DNA of 64,000 nucleotides from Alphaproteobacteria bacterium (GCA_963422645.2 CAXXVO010000017.1:32001-96000); one strand, 5' to 3'; positions 31,759 to 43,336 are shown, counted from the first letter of the stretch. Made by a program: numbers and translations. Notes: generated by a model from the sequence alone, not told the origin.

Positions 31759-32588
31759 ACCGCGAGCTGCTCACCTTCTACGGGCTCAAATGGAACCCCT
31801 TCGCCACCGACCTTCCGGTCGACAGCCTCATGGTGAGCCCCGCCGTCGACAGCTTCTGCCTCAGAATCGAGCATCATCTTGTGCGCCAGGGCGGCTTCGC
31901 GTTGATCGCCGGCGAGCCCGGCACCGGAAAGAGCGTGGCGTTGCGCGTGCTCGCCGACCGCCTCGGCCGCTCGGACGGGCTCAGGGTCTGTGCCATCACC
32001 CACCCCTCTTCCAGGCTGTCCGACTTCTACCGCGAGATCGGCGGGATGTTCGGCGTCGACCTGATGTACAACAACCGCTGGGCCAGCTTCAAAAACCTGC
32101 GCGAGCGATGGCTCACCCATGTCGACGACACCCGCATGCGGCCCGTGGTGCTCATCGACGAGGCCCAGGAGCTGCTGCCCTCGGTGATCTCCGAGATCCG
32201 CCTGCTGGCGTCCACCGACTTCGACTCGCGCGCCATCCTCTCGGTCGTCTTCGCCGGCGACAGCCGCCTGATCGACAGGCTCCGCCAGCCCGACTTGCAG
32301 CCCATCGCCTCGCGCCTGCGCCAGCGCCTGGTCATGACCCAGGCAGACGCCGGCGACCTCGCGGCCCTGCTCGACCATCTGGTCGAGCAGGCCGGCAATC
32401 CGGGCCTCATGAGCGCAGAGCTCAAGGACACCCTGGTCACCCACGCCGGCGGCAACCCCAGGGCGCTTACCGTCATGGGCGACATGCTGCTCGCCGCCGG
32501 CGCCGAGAAGAACCGCGAGGTTCTCGACGAGAAGCTCTTCATGGAGATCCTGGGCGAGCCCGCCAAGCCGAAGAGGGCACGGCGGTGA
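31755..32588 (+). CDS. ExeA-type AAA+ ATPase (TnsC/MuB-like role)
   Basis: YGLKWNPF, GEPGTGKS, VLIDEAQ, AGGNPR; ATGA overlap with the transposase. Confidence 0.88.
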   Translation: MNRELLTFYGLKWNPFATDLPVDSLMVSPAVDSFCLRIEHHLVRQGGFALIAGEPGTGKSVALRVLADRLGRSDGLRVCAITHPSSRLSDFYREIGGMFGVDLMYNNRWASFKNLRERWLTHVDDTRMRPVVLIDEAQELLPSVISEIRLLASTDFDSRAILSVVFAGDSRLIDRLRQPDLQPIASRLRQRLVMTQADAGDLAALLDHLVEQAGNPGLMSAELKDTLVTHAGGNPRALTVMGDMLLAAGAEKNREVLDEKLFMEILGEPAKPKRARR

Positions 32589-33583
32589 AGGGCTTCCCGA
32601 CACGGGCGCCGATGCAGCTCGAGGATCGCCCCCGGGCGCAACAGTGGATGGTGGACACGCTGTGGGCCGAGCAGGCCGTGGGCATCGTCGGCGGCGAGCC
32701 CAAGTGCGGCAAATCCCTGCTCGCGCTCGATCTCGCCGTCGCCGTGGCCACCGGCGTCCCATGCCTGCGCCACTACCGCCCCAGCGCAAGCGGCACCGTG
32801 CTGCTCTTCGCCGCCGAGGACGCCGGCCACAGGGTGCGCAAGCGTCTGCAGGGGATCGCCCGCGCCGCCGCCACCCCCTTCGACGAACTCGACATCGCCG
32901 TCATCGACGTGCCCACCCTGCGTCTCGACCAGCGCATCGACCGTCAGCGCCTGCAGGAGACCGTGGAGCGCATCGAACCGCGCCTCCTGATCCTCGATCC
33001 CCTGGTCCGCCTGCACAGCGTCGACGAGAACGCCGTCGCAGAGATCGCCCCCATCCTCGGCTTCCTGCGCGAACTGCAGCGCCGCTTCGAAACCGCCGTC
33101 CTCCTCGTCCACCACGCCCGCAAGAGCGGCGGCACCCGGCCGGGGCAGGCCCTGCGCGGGAGCAGCGAGCTGCACGCTTGGGGTGACTCAAATCTGTACC
33201 TGCGCCGGCGCGACAAGAAGATCGTCATGACGGTCGAGCAGCGCGACGCCCGGGGCCTCAACGACATCGAGCTGGAACTCGTCGACGGCGGACATGGGCC
33301 GGCCTTCCGTCTGCACCAGGACGCGGCAGATGAAGACAGGCACGAGCCCGCCACCGTCGAGCAGCGCGTCTTCAAGGCGATCGAGCAGGCCGAAAAGCCG
33401 CTCTCGAAAGCCCAGATCCGCTCACGCGCCGCTGCCCGCAACGCCACCGTCGTTGCCGCCATCGAGAGCCTCACCAGGGAGGGGCGCATCGAACGGGCGC
33501 CCAGGGGTGGCTATCGCCTCGCAGCCGCCGAGGCGCACCGGGAGCCGCAATCCCCTGCCGCCATCAACGGAAGTGCGGGATGA
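32585..33583 (+). CDS. AAA_25/RepA-like (RecA-fold) helicase-type ATPase with C-terminal winged helix
   Basis: GTG start overlapping the previous stop; GGEPKCGKS, FAAED, LILDPL, DEN, LVHHARK, LRGSSEL. Confidence 0.82.
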   Translation: MKGFPTRAPMQLEDRPRAQQWMVDTLWAEQAVGIVGGEPKCGKSLLALDLAVAVATGVPCLRHYRPSASGTVLLFAAEDAGHRVRKRLQGIARAAATPFDELDIAVIDVPTLRLDQRIDRQRLQETVERIEPRLLILDPLVRLHSVDENAVAEIAPILGFLRELQRRFETAVLLVHHARKSGGTRPGQALRGSSELHAWGDSNLYLRRRDKKIVMTVEQRDARGLNDIELELVDGGHGPAFRLHQDAADEDRHEPATVEQRVFKAIEQAEKPLSKAQIRSRAAARNATVVAAIESLTREGRIERAPRGGYRLAAAEAHREPQSPAAINGSAG

Positions 33584-33644
33584 GGCGTTCCCGTTCCCGT
33601 TCCCGGAACTCTTAAGCGTTGAAGGGTACAGGAACGGGAACGCC
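33584..33644. repeat. inverted repeat built from GTTCCC units (origin-like)
   Basis: GGCGTTCCCGTTCC pairs perfectly with GGAACGGGAACGCC; arms extend to 21 bp with 2 mismatches. Confidence 0.75.
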
Positions 33645-34299
33645 GTCAGCCTCCCTTCCAAGCAGACCTTCGCCGGGACCCGGCAATGAGCGGCGGCGAT
33701 CCCCTGGCCACCTGCCGCAACATCCCCCTCGACCGGGTCGCCGCCGCCCTCGGCTACCGCAGAGACCCGACCGACCGGGCGCGCTTCAAGCGCGGGGGCT
33801 CGGTCATCAGCATCAACGGCGAGAAGTTCTTCGATCACCTGCGCGGCACGGGAGGGGGTGGCGCCATCGACCTCGTCATCCATGCGACGGGATGCCGCTT
33901 CCCGGAAGCCCTCCGCTTCCTCGGAAGCCATGAGGGGCGGAGGGAGATCACCACCATCCCAGCCGCCCCGCGACGCCTGCGGCTGCCAAGGCCCAGTCCC
34001 CGCGCCTGGCCCAGGGTCCGGGACGCCCTCATCCGCCAACGCGCTATCGGCACCGACGTGCTCGAAGCCTGCCACGGCCGAGGCCTCCTCTACGCCGATG
34101 ACAGGATCAACGCCGTCTTCATCTGCCGAAACGCCAGCGGGCACACGACCGGCGCCGAGATCCTCGGCACCGCGCCGCAGCCCGGAACAAAACAGTCATG
34201 GTCCCCGCGGTTCTGAGCCACCCCGTGGCATGAAACAGGAGCGGTTCGGCTGACGTTTTCCTTGCGCTTGCACCCATTTGCCGTGTCAGGATGGGTATT

Positions 34300-34500
34300 G
34301 GCGGAGGTGGGGACGTGTGAGCGTCGTTATATCGGTGACGTAGTTCCCGATGACAAAACTGCTTCCGGCGGCCGGCTCCGCACCCCGTATTGTACCCGGC
34401 CCGTGGCCGTGGACGCGCGGCAAATTGCACCGCACCCGCTCGTCGGATGCGTGTTCTTCCGACCGCTGTCCCCGCCTCCACCGTGGCGATGCCACGGCGT
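34300..34500 (+). ncRNA. candidate IS110 bridge RNA (boundaries approximate)
   Basis: Structured non-coding left end with ACAAAAC (34353-34359) matching the target flank and CGGCAAA (34418-34424) matching the element right end. Confidence 0.55.
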
Positions 34501-34544
34501 GATCGTACGCCGCCGTGGCGAGAGCGCAAATGAGGAGGAAGGCG

Positions 34545-35795
34545 ATGAAGACGGAAGGCTTGCACGTCGTCCGGCCGCGCGCGGCGGGTCTGGACGTGCA
34601 CAAGATGGAGATCACCGCGACGGTTCGCCTCTGTGAGGGCGAGGGTGAGCCGGTGGTGGAGACGCGCTGCTTCGGCACGCTGCCGAGCGGTCTGGAGGAG
34701 ATGGTCGCGTGGCTGACCGGTCACGGCGTCGAGGCTGCGGTGATGGAAGGGACCGGGGTCTACTGGCAGGCGCCCTTCGCGGCCCTGGAGGCGGCCGGGC
34801 TCGAGGCGATCCTGGTGCATGCGCGTCAGGTGAAGCAGTTGAAGGGGCGCAAGACCGACGTGGCGGACAGCGTGTGGCTGGCCTGCGTGTGCCAGTTCGG
34901 GCTCTGCACGCCTTCCCACGTTCCGCCTGAGCCGTTCCGGGAGCTGCGCGCACTGAGCCGCCAGCGCCGCGTCCTGGTCAGGCAGCGCTCCGCCGTGCGC
35001 AACCGCGTGCAGAAGATCATCGACCGCGCCGGTGCGCGCATCGGCGGCATCCTCTCCGACGTCTTCGGCGTCAACGGCCGGAAGATCCTCGACGGCCTGG
35101 CGCAGGGGACGGCGCGCGAGGTCATCCTCGCCTCGCTCACCAGCCACGTTGCGAACAAGCTGGAGGGGCTCGGCGAGGCGCTCACCCTGAGCCTGGGCGA
35201 CAACGACCGCTTCATGCTCAACGACCTGCTGGAGGAGCATGACGCGCTTGAGGCGCGCATCGCGTCCTACACCAGGAAGATCGACGGGCAGATGACACCG
35301 TGGGAGGAGCAGCTCCGTCTGCTGACCACCATCCCCGGCATCGACCGCACCGCCGCCTCGACCATCCTCATCGAGATCGGCCCCGACATCGGCGTGTTCG
35401 CCTCCAAGGAGCACTTCGCCGCCTGGGCCGGGCTCTGCCCCGGCAACAACGAGAGCGGGGGCAAGCGCCGCAACGCACGCACCCGCATGGGCTCCAAGAC
35501 CCTGCGCGCCTGCCTCGTCGAGTGTGCCCACGGCGCGGCCCGAACCAAGGGGTGCCAGTTCGAGGCTCATCACCGCGCCCTCGCCGCCCGGCGCGGCTAC
35601 AAGCGCGCCATCGTCGCCGGCGCTCACAAGATGCTGCGCATCATCTATGTGGTGCTCAAGACCGGCAGGCCCTACTACGACCGCACGGCCGACTACGACG
35701 CTCTGATGGTCAAGCGCAACGCTCCTCGGTGGATCCGCATGCTCCGCCGCTACGGCTACATCGAGCCCGTAGGCGCGGAACTCAAGGCCGCCTGA
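34545..35795 (+). CDS. IS110 DEDD recombinase/transposase
   Basis: AGLDVHK, VMEGTGVYW, RKTDVADS, TIPGID, GLCPGNNESGGK; RBS GAGGAGG. Confidence 0.95.
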   Translation: MKTEGLHVVRPRAAGLDVHKMEITATVRLCEGEGEPVVETRCFGTLPSGLEEMVAWLTGHGVEAAVMEGTGVYWQAPFAALEAAGLEAILVHARQVKQLKGRKTDVADSVWLACVCQFGLCTPSHVPPEPFRELRALSRQRRVLVRQRSAVRNRVQKIIDRAGARIGGILSDVFGVNGRKILDGLAQGTAREVILASLTSHVANKLEGLGEALTLSLGDNDRFMLNDLLEEHDALEARIASYTRKIDGQMTPWEEQLRLLTTIPGIDRTAASTILIEIGPDIGVFASKEHFAAWAGLCPGNNESGGKRRNARTRMGSKTLRACLVECAHGAARTKGCQFEAHHRALAARRGYKRAIVAGAHKMLRIIYVVLKTGRPYYDRTADYDALMVKRNAPRWIRMLRRYGYIEPVGAELKAA

Positions 35796-36422
35796 GCGGC
35801 CCGCATCTCGTCAGCCGGCTACGCGGGACCGCTTCGGACCACATCGGGGAAGTCCACCGCTCGTCTCCGCCGCGCCGACCCTGGCGGTCTCAGCCAACGC
35901 CGTGACCTCGGGGTTGGAGCGTCACCGCGCGTCCCTCGCCAGAATCTGTTTCACGGCAAACGCTTCAGGGGCATGGCCCCGGGATCGCGCAAGGCGCGTG
36001 GCGGCTTCTGGCTCCACTGCGACCGAAACCAGCCCGCCCTCGTCATCCTCACCGAGAGCGCCGTCGACGCCATCTCTGCACGAAGCCTGCGCGTCGAGGG
36101 GACGCGCGAGAACGGCGCCGTCGTCGCCTCAACCGCCGGCATCGCCAGCTCGGTCCCGCCCTGGATCAAGGAGTGGAAGCCACGTCGCATCGTCTGTGCC
36201 TACGACGCAGACAGCGCCGGCGACACTGCCGCCGAGCATCTCGTGCTCAACGATCCAAGGGTGAAAAGGTTGCGCCCACGACACGCCAAGGACTGGAACG
36301 AGATGCTCCTGCGGTCTCGATGAAAGCCAGGCCACTCACCGCTCTCGCAGATCAACCAAGCGCCGCATCACGAACATCAAATAATCCGAAAACCGCACCA
36401 TCAAATGCTGGGCGCACGCTCA

Positions 36423-37113
36423 GCAGGAGCCGGATGATATCGGCCTGCTCTCGCCTGCTGTTGCGGGTCTGCCTGTCCAGGACGTGATGGAGCCGGGATA
36501 TCTCCTCCCGGGACAAGAAGCGTGTGAGCATCCGCCTCGGGTTCCTTTCCACGGCCCACGCCGGGTTGGTTTCGAGGTGGCCGCGGGCGATGGCGAAATT
36601 GATGATCTGCGTGAGAAGATCGAGTGCGTGATTGGCGTTGCCGGGGGCGCTCCGGCTGAACCGATCGAACCATCGCCCGATGTGCGTTGGCGAGATGCGG
36701 TCGAGCGGCTTCGAGCCGAAGGCCGGCAGGAGTTGGCGGTCGAGCACGGATCGCACGCCCTTCCTGGTGGACGGCTTGTAGCCGTCGAGATGAGCCTCCT
36801 TCCACGCACCCTCGACGAAGTCCCGGAAGAGCGGAGCCGCACGCCTGGGTGCTCCGGTCGCTTCCGGTTCGGCCTTGCGCGTATGGCATTCCCGGCGGAC
36901 CTCCGCGACGGTCTTCAGCGACACCGGACCGAGCGAGATCCGCCTCGACCGCCCGCCGGTGTTCTCCAACAGGACATAGCTCCGCCCGCCGGTGGGCCGG
37001 ACCCGAACCCCGAGGCCGACAAATTGATTATCCCAGACCGTAAATTCCTGCTCGCGAGGGCGGAGACGGGCGATGGCACGGTCGGCGAGCCGCATGCGTT
37101 CCCTGCCGGCCAT
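36423..37113 (-). pseudogene. tyrosine integrase 2, N-terminal part (arm-binding domain)
   Basis: VWDNQFVGLGVRVRPTGGRSY, RFLSREEI, ADIIRLLL, then the transposon end. Confidence 0.85.
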
Positions 37114-37384
37114 GATTCGGGCCTCCAGCGCAGCGCCGACGGTCTCGGCGGCGTCCATCACCGTCTTGTCGGCGAGGTGCGTGTACTTGAGCGTGGTTTC
37201 CGGGTTGCGGTGACCGAGCAGCCTGGCGATGGTGAGGACGGTCTCACCTTGCCGCAGGGCGATGCTGGCATGGGTGTGACGGAGATCGTGGAGGCGCACG
37301 CCGTGCAACCCGGCTTCACCGCGGACCTCTTTCCAGAAACCTTCCAACCAGCCCTTGTTCCTCGGCCCTCGCCCGCGCGGCGCC
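37114..37384 (-). pseudogene. tyrosine integrase 1, C-terminal part
   Basis: VRLHDLRHTHAS, LLGHRNPETTLKY; continues 39860-40723. Confidence 0.85.
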
Positions 37385-39859
37385 CAATGGCATTCACTTA
37401 GCGGTTTTCGACTGTTCACTTAAGGAGTCGTGTTCTTGCGCTGTCGGTTGCGTGCGTTTCTGTCGTTCAGGTGTTCAGGCGACGGCCCGCTTTGCGCGTG
37501 CCCACTTGCCGCGGGGTTTGCGCGACCTGCGTTCGCAGGACCGGCCGGCGCGCTCAGCGCTGACGCGCCTGGTTGATGCAGGAGAGGACATGGCTGAGGG
37601 TTTCGGCGACCATCGCCGTATGGCGCAGCAGCAGCGCTTCGAGGTTGCGCGCGACGGTGGCGAGGCCGTTGCTGAAGTTGGCTTTCATCGCCGGCTTGCC
37701 GTCGGCAGGGCGCTCGGCGTCGAGGCTTGCGTTGCTGCGGTTGGTGAAGAGCCGGGTCATGGCGATGAGGTTGAAGTGGGCGAAGAGCTCCTGGCGGACG
37801 CCGCGCTCGGTCTGGCTGTGGAAGGCCTCGACGGCCATGGCCTGTTTCGAGGTCTTGTAGAGTTCCTCGATTCCCCAGCGCGCGTGATAGAGCTCGGCCA
37901 GTTCCGCGACGCTCCAGGCCTTGGGGTCGAGGAGGGTGGTGGCGAGGATGAAGACCGTGCTGCCGATGCGGTAGCGGACCAGTCGCAGGCGCAGCGGGGT
38001 GGCGTCGACGTGCGGCGTCTTGCGGCGCAGCTTTCTCAGGGTGTCCTTTCCGGGAGCGACGGTGATCGGCGCGTCCGTGCGGCCGTCGGCGATGAAGGCG
38101 TCGAGGGCGGCGCCTGCCTTCTTCTTGATCCGGAACACGGGGTGCAGGCCGCGGGCGACATGGGCGTGCAGCATCTCCCAAGAGTAGTAGCCGCGGTCAT
38201 AGACCACGATGTCGTTGGCCGAGAGCGCCTTGAGGTGGGCGAGGGCGGCCCTTCTTTCGTCGCCGTGCGCGACCAGGTCGAAGTCCACCGGGATGTTCGC
38301 GTGCAGCCGGTAGAGGCAACTCAGCAGGCCCTGCGGGTAGTGGGCCGCCTCGGAGGGCGTGCGGTAGCCGGCCTTGAGCAGCGGCCGCGGCAGGTTGAGC
38401 TTGGAGCCGTCGACCGCGAACACGCGGTGGCCCTTCCAGGCCGGGCCGTCGGCGCGCTTGAGGATCTCGGCGTGCAGCGTCTTGAACACCGCCTCGTCGA
38501 CCTTGGCCCGCGCCATGCACATCGCCGAGGCCGAGACCGGCGCCGGCTGCGGCAGTGCGACGCCCAGGACCCGGCACTGCTCCCACAGCCCGGCCAGCGT
38601 CGTGGCGTAGCCCGCGCGGCCGTTCGAGAACGCCAGCCGGAAGATGAAGAGCATGACGAGAAGGGTGTCGAGGACCCGCCGGCGGCTCTGCCACACCCGG
38701 TCGTGATCGGCGGCCACCGCCGCCAGTGCGCCGATCAGGTCCTGCCACAGCGCCACGAAGGGATCGTCCGGCGCCAGCGCTGCCGGCCGTGTCCTGTTCC
38801 CGCGCCGCGCCGGCCGCGGGCCTTCGAGCAGGATCGAGCGGAAGTCCGGCGTCAGCGGGTAGACGTAGACGCTTTTGCGGGTCTTGCCCTTGCCGCCCCC
38901 GGTCTCGCCGAGACAGCGCCAGTTGGCCGCGCGGTAGCAGGCGCCGTCGAAGAGGCTGGGGTCCACGAAGGTCTCCACCAGAACCGGGCGCGCTCCGAAG
39001 CGCGCCTCCCAGTCGCCGGGCAGCTGGCGCAGCGCCATCGACAGCGCTTTCGACGCCAGGTTGTCGACCCGGACCCAGGGAAAGATCAGGAAACGCGTGT
39101 GACCCACGACCAGATCGAGGTGCTTGCGGAAGCCTTCCGCCGGCCACCCGATCCACTCGTCGCGGCAGGGCAGCGTGCGCGACGCCCGGGCAAACAGAAG
39201 GCAGCCCAGAGGCCGCCCGTGGCGGTCCAGGAGAAAATAGCGCAGATGCGCGCCGACCAGACGATGCAGCCCGAGATAGTGGTGGCGCGCGACGAACTCG
39301 TTCCACAGCCCGCCCTCCTCCTTGCCCGCCGCAATCGACAGGCGCAGCGGCATCAGCGCGGCCAGGTCCTCCGCGATCGCCGCGGCCGGCGCCGTCCGCT
39401 CGCTCCGGGCCATCGCCTCCTGCGGCCCCCGCACCTGCGCCTCGTCCCGCGCCGGCAGGGTCAGGATGCCCAGCCGCTCCAACTCCTCCAGCATCCGCAG
39501 GCAGACCGCGACACGGTTCCGCCCGCTCGGCGCGCGCCAGTTCAAATGCTCGCAGATCGTGTGCCCGAGCTCGTTGCGGCTGATCGCCGGAAACAGCGCC
39601 ACCGTCTCCTGGATGTCGGCAATCTGCCGGCGGGTCAGACGTCTGCCGAAAAAGGTCGTCGACTTCAGCGCGGTGATGCGGGGGTCCATGGGCCGGCTCC
39701 ACTGACAGGGGGACAGCCACAGTGTGCCAAAGCACACGCCGCCGGTCAATCCCCCTCGTGCGGGAAACGCCGAGACCGACAATCCACACAAGAAATCAAC
39801 TCGTTACGACACCACCAAAAAAACCCCGGAACAATCTTCGCGCCAAATGAATGCCATTG
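37385..39859 (-). mobile_element. IS4-family element with 10-bp duplication
   Basis: Terminal repeat CAATGGCATTCA; GCGCGGCGCC at 37375-37384 and 39860-39869. Confidence 0.92.
37554..39689 (-). CDS. DUF4338 (DruA-like) domain fused to an IS4-type DDE transposase
   Basis: N-half: HHYLG, RDEWIGW, RFLIFPWV, NLASKAL, LVETFVD, GACYRAANW. C-half: AVDGS, YDRGY, YHARWGIEELYK. Confidence 0.82.
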   Translation of the reverse strand: MDPRITALKSTTFFGRRLTRRQIADIQETVALFPAISRNELGHTICEHLNWRAPSGRNRVAVCLRMLEELERLGILTLPARDEAQVRGPQEAMARSERTAPAAAIAEDLAALMPLRLSIAAGKEEGGLWNEFVARHHYLGLHRLVGAHLRYFLLDRHGRPLGCLLFARASRTLPCRDEWIGWPAEGFRKHLDLVVGHTRFLIFPWVRVDNLASKALSMALRQLPGDWEARFGARPVLVETFVDPSLFDGACYRAANWRCLGETGGGKGKTRKSVYVYPLTPDFRSILLEGPRPARRGNRTRPAALAPDDPFVALWQDLIGALAAVAADHDRVWQSRRRVLDTLLVMLFIFRLAFSNGRAGYATTLAGLWEQCRVLGVALPQPAPVSASAMCMARAKVDEAVFKTLHAEILKRADGPAWKGHRVFAVDGSKLNLPRPLLKAGYRTPSEAAHYPQGLLSCLYRLHANIPVDFDLVAHGDERRAALAHLKALSANDIVVYDRGYYSWEMLHAHVARGLHPVFRIKKKAGAALDAFIADGRTDAPITVAPGKDTLRKLRRKTPHVDATPLRLRLVRYRIGSTVFILATTLLDPKAWSVAELAELYHARWGIEELYKTSKQAMAVEAFHSQTERGVRQELFAHFNLIAMTRLFTNRSNASLDAERPADGKPAMKANFSNGLATVARNLEALLLRHTAMVAETLSHVLSCINQARQR

Positions 39860-40723
39860 GCGCGGCGCCGGGAACACCCACAGCCCGGTCCGCTCCAGCC
39901 CGTCGAGAACGTTTCGGGCGGGCTGTGACAGCCAGACGGTGCGGGCCCCGGTCTTGCTGTCGCGGAGGAAGAGGTGACCCTCGCGGTAGTCGGACCAGCG
40001 GAGCGTCAGGATCTCGCTCTTGCGGCATCCCGTCAGCAGGAGGAGCCGGATGACGGCGACCTGCTGCCGACGCCCATTTGCGTGGGCCGACAGTCTCGCC
40101 GACAGGCGGCGTATCTCCTCGTCGGACAGGAAGCGCGCGCGTCCCTTGCGGCGATAGCGCCGGATACCCAGGCAGGGGTTGGAGCCCTCCGGTCGAAGAC
40201 CCATGGCTTCCGCTTCCCTCAAGATGACGGAGAGCACCGGCATTGAGCGGTCGGCGGCGACCGGGGTCGCGCGCAGCGATGCGAACCAGTCGCGAACATC
40301 CCTCCGGTCGATGTCGGCGACTTGCCGTCCCTGGAAGCGGGGCAGGATCTGGTTCTTCAGGTAGCACCGGTTGACATCCAAGGTTCCCGGCTTCCAGAGC
40401 CTCCGGTAGCGCTCGAACACGGTCTCGGCGACGGCCTCGAAGAGGGTGTCGGCGGGGTCGCGGGGTGGGTCCTCTCCCCGCCGGATCGCGGCGATAGTTT
40501 GCACGGCACTCGACCGCGCTTCGTCTACGCTCATAGCGGCTGCGTCGCCGACGATCTTCCAGATGCGTTCTCCTTGATGCTGGGAATGGACGAAGAAGCG
40601 TTTGCGCCCCGAGGGCAGCACCCGGACACCGAAGCCTCCGAGTTTGCCGTCGCGAATGTCGTAGGCGATCTTGCGGGGTCGAAGCGCCCCGATACGGGCG
40701 TCGGTGAGAGCGGTTCGGGCCAT
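39860..40723 (-). pseudogene. tyrosine integrase 1, N-terminal part
   Basis: IRDGKLGGFGVRVLPSGRKRF, RFLSDEE, LLLTGCRKSE, DSKTG, WVFPA, then the IS4 end. Confidence 0.88.
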
Positions 40724-40845
40724 GCATGTTCTCCCGGTTGCGGTTGCAGCCGGGGAAGCGGGCGTTGCGCCATCCGTTCCGCTGCAACAATTGTCAGGAG
40801 AAAAACAGACCCTCTTTCAGATAGTTAGCACCGAAGGTGAGTCAA

Positions 40846-41099
40846 GTGGTGTAAGGCCCATAGCGCTCCGGAAGGTCTCGCCAGGGGGGGGGCGCCCGGA
40901 GCGCAGCACCCACATGATGCCGTTGAGGACGCGCCGGTCGTCCACACGGGGGACGCCGCGAGGCTTGTTCGGCAGCAACGGTTCGATCACGCTCCATTCG
41001 AAGTCGGTCAGGTCGTAGCGGTTCATCGGTGGGCTCCACACTTTGGGAGCCTGAATCAAGATTCGCTCTCTCCGGCAATTATTTTATGGGCACAGAGCC
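40846..41099 (-). pseudogene. IS5-family left end and truncated, frameshifted transposase
   Basis: MNRYDLTDFEWSVIEPLLP...DRRVLNGI, then WRDLPERYGPYTT in another frame across a G9 run; the end reads cTAGGCTCTGTGCCCATAA. Confidence 0.82.
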
Positions 41100-41286
41100 T
41101 AGTATGGTCACACCCCGAAGTCAGGTCGTAATGACCTCTATATCGGGTTAACTCCGGGATATAGCCGGATATAAATGGACGGTGCGGCGTGTTGGCCCCA
41201 AAGATGTTGTTCGGCGCGTAGATTCAGTGCCGATCGGCGCGGTAATCCATCGATTTTACTGCATTACGGGGGGTCGACAAAGCGCA

Positions 41287-41328
41287 CTTAACAACAATTC
41301 TGGGGGGAAAGTTCTACGCTTAACGACA
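41287..41328 (-). repeat. relic IS21-like terminus (two CTTAACrACA repeats)
   Basis: Minus strand TGTCGTTAAGCGTAGAA versus IS21 end TGTTGTTAAGCGTGGAA (15/17). Confidence 0.45.
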
Positions 41329-41370
41329 CCCCGAGGGCAGCGGGCGCACCTCACCATTCGCGCGGTGCCT

Positions 41371-43314
<1,944 letters not shown>

Positions 43315-43336
43315 CACCTCCGATCTCCTCATGGCC

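Larger units (their letters stand above)
34194..35961 (+). mobile_element. IS110-family element
   Basis: AAAC core at both junctions (34190-34193, 35958-35961); removing it restores the primase frame. Confidence 0.88.
33686..36323 (+). pseudogene. DUF3991/TOPRIM primase-like gene interrupted by IS110
   Basis: 33686-34193 plus 35962-36323 gives 290 codons in frame (PGTKRFRGMAPGS); GGGAIDLV, LTESAVDAIS and AYDADSAGD motifs. Confidence 0.82.
29466..36422 (+). mobile_element. Mu/Tn552-like DDE transposon carrying a helicase-primase module (5189 bp without the nested IS110)
   Basis: Ends TGAGCGCGCGC and GCGCACGCTCA; 5-bp duplication GCAGG at 29461-29465 and 36423-36427; splits an integrase gene in frame. 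Confidence 0.9.

Noticed and set aside
31475-33583. 702-aa ORF as one protein
   Set aside because: The upstream part overlaps the transposase and ATPase in another frame; the real gene starts at GTG 32585.
40884-40892. G9 run as a phase-variation switch
   Set aside because: It lies in an already truncated IS5 relic; decay or a homopolymer error is more likely.
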